This document shows positions 12,942 to 26,006 of a DNA stretch of 64,000 bases, in pieces. Both the position numbers and the translations under genes were made by a program. Where the stretch lies: NCBI GenBank assembly GCA_963514005.1, contig OY740790.1, forward strand, positions 38,316,001-38,380,000. Reading direction: 5' to 3'. A model generated the notes under the pieces. The model did not search any database. It saw nothing but the letters and a program-made list of their open reading frames with translations, and was not told the DNA's origin. The number at the start of each line of letters is the position of its first letter. Position 1 is the stretch's first letter. The stretch is from Raja brachyura (Eukaryota).

Positions 12942-13230
12942 ATAGAACATAGAACAGTACAGCACAGGAACATACCCTTCAGCCCACATTGTTCATGCCC
13001 TATTTCCACTGACAGTGCATTCAAGGCACTCACCACTCTGTAAAAAAACCCTTGCCCCACAATCAAGGAGATTTTACATTTTGCCCCTTTCAACTTAAAG
13101 CTATGCACTCTAATCTTTGACATTTCCACCCTGGGGAAGAAAGTCCTGTCTACCCTATCTATGTCTCTCATAATTTTATATTATTTTGTCCTTGTTAACC
13201 CCTTCTGCATCCTCTCCAAAGCCTCCATGA
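12942..13230 (-). mobile_element. CR1 3' fragment
   Basis: ORF 12917-13171 (IDRVDR..FFPRVEMSK.R.H.FK) and ATAGAAC tail repeats. Confidence 0.7.
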
Positions 13231-14732
13231 GTGATGGAGCATGTCTCAACTTCCATGAGGGTCAGGCAAAGACCACCCACAATCAATGTGAATCGATGTT
13301 TTTGGCTGCGCTGCTTTATGTTTTAGAACACCACAGCAGCAGTGAGATATTTTTTAATAGAAACAACTAAAAATTGCTAATCACAATGTTTTGTTTTGAG
13401 GAACAGTGAGACTACAAATCATTGTTTTTAGAGGGAATTTATGCATTTGAATGCCGCATAGTTCAGGTGATTTGATCCAGTAATTTCAGTCATAATGCCT
13501 GGCACAACATAACATGCAAGAGTTTAGATTTGCAGAATATGTGCAGAGTGACATTAGAAGCCATACAGCATTCATTTTCAGCATCGTCTGGTGAAATTGG
13601 TCCACATTGCTTTGTTTCATAGCTGCTGGCTATTTGCAGGATAAAACAGATTTTCCAAGTGTTGAAAATGAACCAAAAAAGGCGTTAACCATTTGACTTT
13701 CTATGTCGCTAACTCTACATTGAAAGTAATTAAACCATTTTGTGATTCCTCTTGGGAAAGTCTTCAAGCTCACTGCTGCCTGTCTGCTGTCACGTTCATA
13801 AATCTTACCGCTTTCTATGTCACCTTTCGTGTATGTACAATGGATAGCTTTGGCACGATTATCTGGTGAATACAGGAGGTGTGTGATACAGATGTGTACA
13901 TTGCCCTTAATCTAATGGAGGACTATCCTGTCACCATGTCATGTTGTATATTGCAGTGAAGCTGCTCTGGGACTGGACCCTTATAATTGCCACAACCAGA
14001 TCATGCATATGTCAACAGATCCATTCCAATACAGACAATAAACTCCTGTAAGACAGTTCTTTGTTCTTGCTCTCAGTTCACTTTTTTGCAGAACTGCAGC
14101 CTGCCGCCAGACTACGAAGAGGAGGCACTTAGAGTCTGGGTACTCTTAGCCCAACAATCACAAATGTTGAACTTGCTCCATCACTCATTGTCCTGTGGAG
14201 TGTATGTACCACTTCCAGTCTGGAAAGTCCTGCAAGACTCTCCCATGCTTCTTGACATCTCCTACATTCATGCAAGCCAAACGATACAGCAAGAATTTCC
14301 ACATTATCTATATCAGCTTCCCCTTGCATGCTCCCACATCCTCTATCAGATTGTTTTCTAATGGCTTTCCTGCAGGTGACCTGACATGCTTCACTATCTC
14401 TCTAGTCCGGCTGCAAATCAGGACTGTCCAATATCTCTCCAGATGAAACATGAGGCTCTTATCCAGCTTACTCAATCCTTACGATTCCACTTTCGTGTGA
14501 CAGACATAAGCTATGTCTCCTCTCTTGAGCGGTTCTCTTGGGGTGGGGTTGTTTGGGATACGGGGGTGGGAAAAGTTGAGGGGTCCATAGGCTTAGGAAT
14601 GATAATAACAAAAAGCAGAGCATTGCAAGTGTGAGGACGTGTTGGTGTTAGGCAGAGTGGTCAGTACATTTTTGAGATAATTAATTGATTTGAGGGAAGG
14701 ATGTATTGTAAAGATACAGACATACCTACAGA

Positions 14733-14827
14733 TCTGAAGAAGGGTTTCGGCCCGAAAGGTTGCCTATTTCCTTCGCTCCATAGATGGTGCTGCACCCGCT
14801 GAGTTTCTCCAGCATTTTTGTGTACCT
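14733..14827 (+). mobile_element. PLE-derived mini-element with 13-bp TSD
   Basis: TACCTACAGATCT at 14723-14735 and 14823-14835; CTGAAGAAGGGTTTCGGCCCGAAAG motif variant. Confidence 0.8.
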
Positions 14828-16429
14828 ACAGATCTAAGTTGCTAATCAGATCATCAACTGCATCATGATCCATGACCTAAGTCATGCTGATGACAAACAT
14901 TTGTTGCGGACACCATAAATTGAACTTATTTTGAAATTGCGATGGTCCTATCCAGTTTGTGTGTATGTACCTGCATATGTGATTTTGTTTATTAATGCCA
15001 CATGTGCAGTGCAGTGCAGTGAAAAACCTATGTTGTGTGCCATCCCGTCAAAGAAAAGACTATGCAGAGAGAGAGGGAGAGAGGGAGAGAGAAAGGCAGT
15101 GAGGGGTATGAGCAACTGTGATAATGGCTGCCATTATCTGTGAGGGGATGTCTAGGATGGAGGAAGATGATGGTGGGCAGGGGTGGGGAAGTGTTGAAGC
15201 CAATTCAGAATGTAGGCAGAATAAAATGAGAGCATTTACTTTGACTTATCCTGAAGAAGCATGTGATTCCTTAAACCATTGTTCTAGTTTAGGAGTGGGA
15301 CATAGAGGATGAACTGAATCATCCCAAGCACTGCTGGTGCCTCGTATGTACCTCCAAACCGCACCTTTTTTTATCGAGTCTTAGTTCTTCTGGCACACCT
15401 GGAGTAGCGGACATGTTGTTCAATTTCTGCCAAAACCATGTCTGTAGATCAAACAGTATTGCACAATGTCCATGTGCATGTTGAAATCCTCTTGCCCTGC
15501 AGTGCTCCATCAGTTATTCCCACTAACACGGCAGTGCTGTGGCTCTGCAGAGAATGCTAGAACCCTGGCATCAATTAGCACAGGAATGTACTAACAGATG
15601 TGGCAAATTGTGGTGGTAATGATGGGGATCTTCACCACAACACACAACTCGAATGTGCCTGCACATTTGTAGGAGTATCATGATTGAATCTGCAAATAGG
15701 AGTGGGTTAATTGTGCTGCCAAGGTTTAATACACTTTAATCCAATTTCTAGACATCTATGTCTCATTGTTAAATACTTTATTATTGGATTAGTATGCAGG
15801 ATTTTTTGTAAATGCTAATTCCCAGAAGTTTTTATTCATAAATAGTGTTTCGTACTTAAACGTGTGACCTAACCGGCTCTATAATATACCGTACAGCCAT
15901 TATCAACAAATGGATGCAGCATTGATATAATTTTTTTTCATATCTAATAGCACTTTTAAAATGATTTATGCCTTGCTTGGTCAAGAAACAAGATGGGAAA
16001 TATTACTGCAGTATAAATAATTTACAGCAGTACATTTAAATTCAGTTTAGGATTGCAGTGTGAAGACATTATTTCCTTGATGCTACACATTTCCCATTTC
16101 CACATGTGCTGCTGGCTATTATAATTTCCCTTAGGGGAGAGAGCAACAGCAATTTGAAACCTGCTCAGCTCAAGCAGCAACTGACAGTCCAAAAGAGCGT
16201 TGGGATAAAGTCTAACTGCATCACCATTGAAGCTGGAGTCACTGCATGATATTGATAGGCATGAATAATTCCAAGTTCCCGATATAGGTCTCAAGAAGTG
16301 ACTCGAGGTGTTTATTTTCCAAGGACCTTATTGCTCCTCATGGCTTTGCTGTTCGGAAGTATGTGAACTATGATGCTGACCGCCGTTTGTAGTCCCTGCT
16401 TCTTTGATTGGAAAGAAAAAGCATAGACT

Positions 16430-17200
16430 AGCGACTCAATTCATTTGCTTCAGTGTACATCCCTATGGGCTGTAGGTAGCCTAACAATGTGCAGTATGAA
16501 GTCCAGTTTTTTTCCAGTTTGTATTGGGGTACATCCTGGCCAGGGAGTGGAGCAGGCCAAGAGCAGACGGGTCGAAGTGGGAATGGAAAGGAGAGCTTAG
16601 ATGATGCACAAACAGAAGCTCAGGATGGCCCATGTGGACAAAGCACAGGTGATCTGCAAAATGGTTGCCTCGTCCTTCAAGGCCACATCACAAGCGCTGA
16701 ATGTTGGATGAGGTGTGTGTGAATTACTGCCTCACTTGGAAGAGCTGTTTTGTTCCCTGGATGGTGGTGAGAGAGTAAATGTAGGGACAGGTTTTGCACC
16801 TCCTACGGTTGTTGGGGAAAATACCAGGAGAAGGAGAGGGGTGAGTATGGAGGAACCAGGGAATCACAGAGAGAGTGGTCCTTGCAGAAAGTAAAAAGGG
16901 TGGGAAAAGGGAAGATGGGACTGGTTGTGGTATCCTGTTGGAACAGGCAAAGAATAGTATGCTGGATGTGGAGATTAATGGGGTGGAAGTTGAGGACCAG
17001 TGGAACTCTATCTGTTCTGTCTGGGAGAGGGGTGTGAAAGCAGACGTAGGAAATATGTGTGAGGGCTCCATCAACTACAGCATTTCAGGTGTCCTCAAGT
17101 GGCAAGCCTCAACTGGGAAAGCAGATGTGGTGGAAGAGAAACTGAGAGAAGGAGATGATATCGTTACAGGAGACAAGGTGGGAGGTGAGAAGGTTTGGCA
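16430..17200 (-). mobile_element. Penelope-like element fragment (RT-to-GIY-YIG linker with Cys motif)
   Basis: PGIFP.NRRRCKTCPY....TIQG.KQ.FQVRQ in ORF 16724-17074, homologous to 26450-26550. Confidence 0.75.
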
Positions 17201-18220
17201 TGTTTTTGTTAGTGGAGTGGTAGTCCACAGAAAGGTATGAGATGGTGCCTTTGAGCTGCTGTCGGAGTATCTATAAGGAAGAGGTCAGTCTACCAGACCA
17301 CGACGACACCACAACTAATGTGCATTTGATAACAAATTTGAATTGAGGAGGAGTGAGTGGAGAGGTGCGTCCTCTTCGATTCACACCAATCTGAGATGTT
17401 TTTGTAGAGTAACTAAAGGATTTTATTTTGCCTTGTTTGGCTAACTTATTATGTAACCAAAGAAGGCATGAGTAAGGGGCAAGCACCTGTAAAATCCTGA
17501 CCAAGGCTACCGCAGTGCGTCTGGATAAAAGTTGCCAGTGGAGAACAGCAGCATAATACAAATGATGAGCATAAAATCAATTCTTGTCTCTTCAGTCGTG
17601 CAACTTCTTATTTTTGGTAGGAGAATGACCAAATAATTTCTTTCCAACTGAATCTTGTAGACTTGTTTGAACTATTTATAATGCTGAATAGCATGCTGTG
17701 CATCAAATTTAGACAACATCTTGTTAGGACATGATGGAAACCAAACCATGAGGGAAAAAAAAAGCATTAAAAGGAATATTTTACAATATGATTGGAAGAG
17801 TACTGATTGTAACATTCTGAAATCCCTTCAGGGTCCCTGTAGCACATTAACTAATCTCCAGTTTACTCCATGAAAATATTTAAGTGTAAACTAATATCAT
17901 AAATGTTGAATTGTAAAACTTCTAAAATATTTGGCAGTGTTCAAAATTTATTCCATTAGAAATAATTGTTTTCAGATGTTCAGAATTATTGATTGCTAAA
18001 TCATATTACTGCATTTTATCATAAGTATAACCGGTAAACTTTTTTTCATTTATATGATATGAGAAGTAATAACATTATTCTCAGTATATAGTATTTTGGG
18101 GCAGCAATATATACTTGAAGAATTCTAAAATACTGAAGAAAAGTTTTCCTTCTTATATAAATCCTCTTGCGCTACAAGTCTGATCTGGAATTCGGAGATC
18201 AGTTATACATCTCGATGGCA

Positions 18221-18319
18221 GAAGATAGACACAAAATACTGGAGCAGCTCAACGGGACAGGCAGCATCTTTGGATAGAAGGAATGGGTGACCTTTCAGAT
18301 CGAGACCCTTCTTCAGACT
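18221..18319 (-). mobile_element. PLE terminal-module mini-element
   Basis: ...GGGTGACCTTTCAGATCGAGACCCTTCTTCAGAC, reverse complement of the module. Confidence 0.75.
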
Positions 18320-18349
18320 CTGAAGGCATAAGTCAGTTCTGCTTTTACA

Positions 18350-19340
18350 AGACTAAACTCTCGGAAAGCAGCCAGCCCAGATGGAGTTCCCGGATGAATT
18401 CTGGAACCTGCATCAACTCACTGACCATAGACTTTACCGACACCTTCAACTTCACACTACAACAGTCTATTGTCCACATCTGCATCAAGGAAACCTCCAT
18501 CAGTCTAATCCCTAAGAAAAATAAAGTGACCTCGATCATAATGAAGTGGTTTGAAATAATGAATTGGTAACGGTCTTCATCTCCAACTGGCTGCTGGACT
18601 TCTTCACCGGCAGACCTCAATCGGTTAGAATTGGTCATAACATTTCCTCCACCCTGATGCATAGTGTACAGGGCATCGAGCAAGTAATCTTTACCTTGTT
18701 GGCCAGATAAGCAATGTTGAGACAAAGTACAGGAAAGAGATTAAGAACATTTGTGTGACAGTGTAAGGGCAAAAACCGAGCCCTCAATGTCAAGAGGATG
18801 AAAAACAATGGTTGTTGACTTAAGGAAACGAGGGGGTGAATACAATCCTCTCCTCATCAATGCAGCTTCTGCTGAGAAAACGCATCAGTGTATTCACTTT
18901 CTTATGCATTTGAGAAGATTTGGCATTTGACAAAGATTTTCTTAAGCTTCCATAAATGTGCTATAGAAAATATGCTTCTCAGCCTGATATGACATTTCTT
19001 TTTTTCTCTTCTACCTTTTGGGAGAAGATACAGGAGCTAGAAAGCCTGGATGTCCAGACTTAAGAACAGCTTCTTCCCCATTACTATCAGACTCCTGAAC
19101 CAATGACCTCCATTATAACCCCTTTCCCAGATTTGCTGCCACATACTGTTACCCATATCTCTACTTCATTTGATTATTCTGTTATTGTACTGTGATGTAT
19201 TTTGCACGGATTTGGATTACGCTTCAATCTTGCATCATTCTGCTGTTTTTCACTCGTCATTGTATTTATTCTGTTTATCACGACTGCATTATGCTGTTTA
19301 CTCTGTAAAATTCATTGCATTCTAGTATATATGACAAACT
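18350..19340 (+). mobile_element. Rex1/Babar-type LINE, decayed
   Basis: Remnants [48 protein letters not shown]. Confidence 0.75.
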
Positions 19341-19750
19341 AATCTTCATCTGTATTTTCTTTCTCTGCACCACATCTTGCACAGTTCAACAGGAGCTTCT
19401 CATTAGCTTTGGCAATCCTAAACAAATATTTTGTTCATTTTCTTTTAAAATTCAGAAATCGTTTTACTGAACCTTAGACCCTTGAATACATGCTCAACAA
19501 AATACATGTTGTTGAAAATCTGAAAAAAGCCCTGAAAATACTGGAAATATACTGGAAACTGGGCAGTATTTGTGGGGAGAGAACCAGAGTTTAATATTTT
19601 CTGTCCATGACTGATCATCATAACATGTGCTCTGCAGTTCCTTCAGTCAAACCGTACAACTGTATTTCAATATTCTTTCAGGATTTCTATATATTTAAGT
19701 TGCCACATATGTGTTGTTACGTTTCATTTTATATTGGTGGCATTATAAAA

Positions 19751-19798
19751 TGTGTTCTAGCTCACCCCCAACAGTGTGTTCTAGCTCACCCCCAACAG
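19751..19798. repeat. 24-bp perfect tandem duplication
   Basis: TGTGTTCTAGCTCACCCCCAACAG x2. Confidence 0.95.
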
Positions 19799-20661
19799 AT
19801 AAAGCAGATGCTATTTAGCCAATCAAATGTCATTTTTGAAATTGGGTGTGATTGGATTGAAAGTTCTTGTTATGAAATATTGTCTCCTATCTGTCATGTG
19901 GAATAATGTTCAATATCGCTAATTGAAGGTCATGTCACTTCGGAAGTGACATTTGCAGCCTCTTTATTCCCTGAACTCATTGGGCTTTAACTGTCTATTT
20001 GTTGAGCTTTTTTCATCTTCAGTTGTACAACAAGATGCAAAAACAAAGTGACTTATTACATGTCCAGAAAGACAAGGAATTATTCCTAATGACTTGAATT
20101 TTCTATTTTCTTCAAGAGGTGATTGTCAGAATAAGGATTCTATGAAAAAATATATAATTAGAAACAAACTTACGAGCAACGATGAGTATTATTACAGCAA
20201 AACCTCAACATATATTGTGGTTTTGGACACACATTGGGAATTATTGTATTCCCCAAGATGAAAATTAGATAAGTGACAGTTTCACATACAATATGGTTAG
20301 CTTGTAACGTACGTGTCAAATATATCCACAACACCCACATCATACTGAGGTTGAAGTATAATTACGTTCAAACTTAAAGTAAAATAATAAATAGTTGTGT
20401 GCGCACGTGTCTGTCCATTTGAAGAACAAGTATTCTATGTTAAAACATTCTGAGCTGTGTCTGTCCATATTCTCTCAATGTTAATGCAGGATAAAGAAAC
20501 TTCCAAAATTATAGATTTTTGCAAAACTTTAACCTATAATTATGTTTAAAATTCAGCAATTAAAATTGACATTTATCTGCATAGTTTATATGTTGAAAAC
20601 AATGTTTTAATACTATAACAATATAAACTGATTTTGTTTACCATTTCTCTTTTTTTTACAG

Positions 20662-20849
20662 CAAGTCCTCATGCAACAGCTTCAACTCTACATTTTCCAA
20701 CGTCTCCCATCATCCAGCAACCAGGTCCTTATTTCTCACACACGGCCATCCGTTATCATCCACACCCTAGTCAGGAAAGCCTGAAGGAGTTTGTCCAACT
20801 TGTCTGCCCTGACACCAGCCAGCAGTCAGGACAGGTGGGGTTCCTAAAT
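20662..20849 (+). CDS. NFIA: NFIA internal coding exon (equivalent to human exon 8), 188 nt, start phase 1, end phase 0
   Basis: Pyrimidine tract then TTACAG acceptor; AAT|GTAAGG donor; encodes [62 protein letters not shown], matching vertebrate NFIA as recalled. Confidence 0.96.
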
Positions 20850-23277
20850 GTAAGGCCACATTTTATTTTTCATGTTGCTAGACAGACAGTTTGTTACATC
20901 ATTCTAGCTTGATCCGCTTCTAGATATCACTGGAAACTGCACACTAATGTCATGTGTTCCCTTTAATCATGGTTATTGAAGCTGTAATTTATAAATCTGT
21001 AAACTATGAAACAACAGCAAATGTAAGTTTAAACCTTCCCCAAAGATTTAGTCTTCCCAAGATACTGAGGTTAATGATTTTGTTACTTTTGTGAATTTGT
21101 ATTTGTTTAACATGCTTGTAAGTGGTGGGTGTTTTTCCACTCAGCATCGCTGATAATGGCCTGTCTTAATGCATTTAAAATTTCAAAACAACATGGATTA
21201 TACAGATGCGGCAGTGGGAATGTCTCAAACTTTGTACTGTTACATAGTGATTCATCAATGCCAAGGAGAAACCATTCATTCTATCAGATCATGTAGGTGA
21301 AGAATGAGATCACAAATAGCCATGTACAGGCTATCCTAGGGTAATGAATGGGTTCCATTTTTATGGACATCCTTAAGTCGATTTTGTCCGTAAGTTGGAA
21401 ACTATACAAACAACACTCAATATGTTTTTTTCTTTCTCCACAATATTGCAATGAATGGCCTAAAAAGCAGATAAAGCTGTTAGGAAAGAACAATTATGAA
21501 AGGTGGAGAGAAACTGGAAACTAATTCTGCCATTTGTAGTAATGAACATATGTCAGACTTTTGAATGGAATAATATTGTGTGAGCTACATTTAATAATAT
21601 GGAGAGCAGTTCATCAGTCAGCTATTCATAACCCAGAGACAGGCTGTGGCTTTTTAAATTGAAGAGCATAATAGACACTTCTGACCCCAGTGAGAAATAC
21701 TGAAGTAGGTATATACTATATCTGATCTCTTAAAATCATATTTTTGAGCTGTGTAATTATTTTCTCACTGTCAAGTGTTGGCAAACCACGCGAGACCTCT
21801 GACCAAATGAGGGGCTGTATTTCAGGTATTTCAAGCTGTATTTCAGGTATTCTGAGGTATCTAACAGTGGAAAGCGAATGTCTCTGTAAACCTCCCTTCC
21901 AAGGCTGGCACCTTCTCACACCAGTGTAGCTGAGAACCGGAGATAAATACCTTCAGGCGTAGGTTTGAAGTGGCATTAGCCGAACATCAACCCTTGAGCC
22001 AGAAAACTCTCAAGAAACGTAACAATGTTAATATATCAGAACTGTGCAATGCTAACACTTCATTGAGCTCTGCTCTCAAAGGAATAAAATGCCACAAGTG
22101 TGTCATGGAGAAAAAGCATTTGCAATGTAACTGGTCGCTTGTCCTTCCACGCAGATATTCTGTTTGCCAGTTATTTTTTAAGTGCATCTCTTTCCCTTCT
22201 TCAGAAAGAGGTAAAAGCTAGATGTGGTTAATGCATTGTTCTACTATGCCACGCAGATCATTTATTGAGCCCAGACATGCAAAGCCAGCTGGAATATCAG
22301 ATGTCAGATTCAATAACATTTGCAGCAACTTAAAGCAATGGATTTCAGCTGGATTGTGTAAGCTTGAATATTCAGATAGCAGGAGGGACCCGTGACATGG
22401 GAGAATGTTTAGATTAAAAGCACTGTGTGACTGCATCACATTTCCAGTCAGTGGGGGGAGGGGGGGGATTATGGTTATATGGGTGATTTGGTCATTAAGA
22501 ACCATTGTAACAAAGAAAAAGAAGTGAGGCTTTGGCTCGCAGTGAGGAGGAAGTAGCTCCAATAGAGGTGCAATGGCGAGAGAGGGGCAAGAAGAGTGGA
22601 ACTGGCAACTCTTGGTGGGTTGAAACAAGAAATACAGCTGATAGGAAATGCAATTTGAGCTTATGGCAGTAATGATGAACAGGTGAGTGTTTTTTACTGA
22701 CTTGTCACTTTTAACTACCTAATATTGTAATTGTTCCAATTTGTGATTTGCTGTTTCCCATCCTTTATTTACCATCATTTCTTAATGGAACTACTGCCTC
22801 ATGTGTTACAATTGATGAGAGGGTGACTGGAATGGAAACTAGTACCTCATGCAAAGGAACAGTGAGACATATCAGTTGATCCGCTGAGCGTTTACAAACA
22901 CGAAGATAAAATTCACTACCAGTAGAGAGTAAAGATACTAGGAGTAACGGAGTCCAACTAAAACTTTCAGAGTATGGTAAATTCGGAAATTTGTTCCTTT
23001 GAGGGAATGGATTTTTTTTTTTGTCCATTCATAGGATGTCGATGTTGTTGGTGACCCTGGTATTTTTTGTCCATTCCTAATTTCCAACTGTCCTGCGAAG
23101 GTAGTCAAGAAAGGATATGGATTTACAAATTGGACTGATTATTGTGAGGATAGCATATGTCTTTCAATGAAGAAATCCTCAAGAACATTTATGTACCAGA
23201 TTTATTTTGTACGACAATGCTTCTTCATTCCCAATGCTGAGATGAGTTTTTTAAACAAACTATGTGTATTTAATCCA

Positions 23278-23490
23278 AGGTAGACAAAAATGCTGGAGAA
23301 ACTCAGCGGGTGAGGCAACATCTATGGAACAAAGGAATAGGTGATGTTTCGGGTCGAGACCTGAAGAAGGGTCTCGACCCAAAACATCACCTATTCCTTC
23401 GTTCCATAGATACTGCCTCACCCTCTGAGATTCTCTGGCATTTTTGTCTACCTTTGATTTTTTCCAGCATCTGCAATTCTTTCTTAAACA
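23278..23490. mobile_element. Fold-back PLE-derived mini-element
   Basis: About 80-bp arms (23277-23360 and 23370-23454) in inverted orientation around CTGAAGAAG. Confidence 0.85.
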
Positions 23491-25058
23491 CGTATTTAGA
23501 TAAGTTTGTATTTCCCAACTGATATTATGGGTATTAATCTTATGTCTTTGGATTAAGGGTCCAGATCTTTGGTTGCCCTCCATTGAACCCTAAAAGTGTG
23601 GTAAATGTATTAAGCAAATGCAGGTTGCCAAAAGTCCATTCTGTCAGATGGAAGGGAGGTGAATCAAGAACATATTACATCAAGCAATAGCTGGAATTTG
23701 AATCATCGTGTTCATGGAATCGAAACAAGCCACTCTTTCCATTTTATTTCTGTGGTTTAGGTTACTCCTGCATCACAGCTCTCAGTTTTTGGCCTTATAA
23801 AGCACTCATGAAACTATACGCATCTACATGGGGTGAAGTTGCATCCAATTCTTCACTTTAGCAGCAATACTTGTGAAACACACTGGCCCAAAGATATTGG
23901 AGGTCTCTGAATGCCATGGCTGTTATTTTTCAGTTTTGGTTACATGGTAGATCAGATTTGTGTACGAAACCTTACTCAAAAATAGTTTGATTGAAAATGC
24001 TAATGGATCCACGTTTACTTAGCTATCACTTTGATATTGATTATAAATTGGAGGAGAGTAATTTGATGTAAAAGTTGGGAAATGTATACATTGTCAATCC
24101 ATACATTTAGAATTAAAACTGCTGTTATGTCTTATGAGCTAGGTTAAGTTTCATACTGAAAGTATTGCTTACAGCCTTAATATCTGCATATACTTTAATA
24201 GATAATTATGGATTTTGGTAGTACTAGATAATGAAAAAATGGCCAAAAATTTGGAAGAGAAAACTGAGCAAATTCATACAGCTAATTTTGAGATTTTATT
24301 TTTCATGTTTGAGAAAAGATAGGTAATTGAAGCCAGACATTTTAACTGTTCTTGAAGGGGAAGTTTACAAGGGGAAGGGATTACACACTCACATGTGTTG
24401 GCTAACTACTCAGTAAGCAGTGGAGCAATGAGACCTGAAGTTAATCTACTGAGAGTTTACAAACATGGAATGAAGACATCATGATGGTGGAAGATATGAA
24501 GTTATAGTACATGTCATGAAATGATGGAAAATAGAATCCGCCCCCCCCCCCCCCCCCCGAAAATGTAGCCCAGCCAGAGCCGCAAATCGTTGACCGAGGC
24601 TACCTTTGCAGGTCGATATCTTGGCCCCTGAGCAAACTAGGCTGACATTTCTGGTACCAATGGAGTTCTCTCAGAAGCCATGAACTCTGTTGATCCAGCA
24701 GAACAGGTAATCCAGAACGGCTCTGGCACTAAGGGTACCGGGAAAATCTGTGGTGGGACTGTATCGCAAATGACAAATTAAACAACACAAAGAGGCTGTC
24801 CATGCCATCAACAGAAAGGCAGGGTTAAAGAGAGTGATGTGTATCTATTGATGGAGCTATGATAATTTGCTTTCATTTTTGATTAAGCTTTTTCAGCAAG
24901 ATGCAATAATCCATCACAATATCGTACAGAGGATTTTTGCTAATCTATCAGTACAACTAGTAGTTTTACCCTTGTGAACCAATCTGCCAAGAGAGTCTAC
25001 AAATAGGGACGCCACCTAGAGTTTGGACTAACCTGGATAAAAAGAGAACAGTTTCAGT

Positions 25059-25143
25059 AGACAATAGACAATAGGTGCAGGAGTAGGCCATTTGGCCCTT
25101 CGAGCCATTCACTGTGATTGTGATTTTGTGATTGTGATTGTGT
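25059..25143 (-). mobile_element. Very short CR1 3' tail plus (GATTGT)n
   Basis: AGACAATAGACAATAGGTGCAGGAGTAGGCCATT, reverse complement of the tail at 780-816. Confidence 0.75.
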
Positions 25144-26006
25144 TTCCTGGTGCCAATTGGTCTTGCACTGTAACTGAGTGACTGATAATTTACTTAATAT
25201 TCAAATAGGAAGAACCGAGCAGCTTTCTGCTCACTTTCCCATTTAAAAATTAAGTAGACATTGTGACTGTTGTGGGTAACCTTCCTAAATCTATTTAAAT
25301 TAATTTTCACTATTCCGTCTGCGTAATGTATATTTTTCTATGTAAGAGACCAAAAACAAGATGGCAATGCCCCTAGTCTTTGGTCACAGTTGTGTTTCTC
25401 ATTCAGTGCTCTCAGGACAAATCTCAATTTGGATATTTTACCTTGTGAGGTTTTTCAAGTCAGTGAATAAGATTTATTTTGACAACGATACTAGTTCCTG
25501 CAGTAAATCTGTAATCCATACTGCTGAAGCAACTTGTAGAGGGATGTACAAAATAATATATGTTCATACGTAAGTATAACATTCAAATGATCAATCAATT
25601 ATTTGCCATTAAAACACCTAACATAACAAAACATCTTATGTGGCGGCAGGATACTAACAGACAACTTGAGATCCAATTTATAATTGGCATACAAAAGACA
25701 TTATATATTGAGACATTATTTTATGTAATCGTGCTTTCAGACATTCCAGACACCACATAGTGGATATTGTCTACAGTGTTAGAAGATACCTACTTGTCCA
25801 GACATCAAATCAATATACCAGCATTCATATTTGAGGATTCATTTGCTTAGATCATCTGAAAACTTGTGAATTATTTAACAGTACAAGTGCAGATTCAATA
25901 TTGTAAGAATCAGTAGGTTAGTCTAAGCTCCCAAATAATGTGCAAAAAAATCCTCATTGCGGTGTTCGTGATGTAGATTTACAGACCAGTTGGGATTTAA
26001 TTAATA

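Noticed and set aside
13960-14440. Possible ancient LINE (RNase H-like) relic on the - strand
   Set aside because: Only a faint motif resemblance; cannot be supported without a profile search
1-20661. Preceding NFIA exon (MPSP…TGPR equivalent)
   Set aside because: No matching translation seen; probably upstream of the window
24612-24706. Possible 95-nt poison exon (TTTGCAG| … CAG|GTAATC, in-frame TGA) near a poly-C run
   Set aside because: Short pyrimidine tract and no independent support; such site pairs arise by chance
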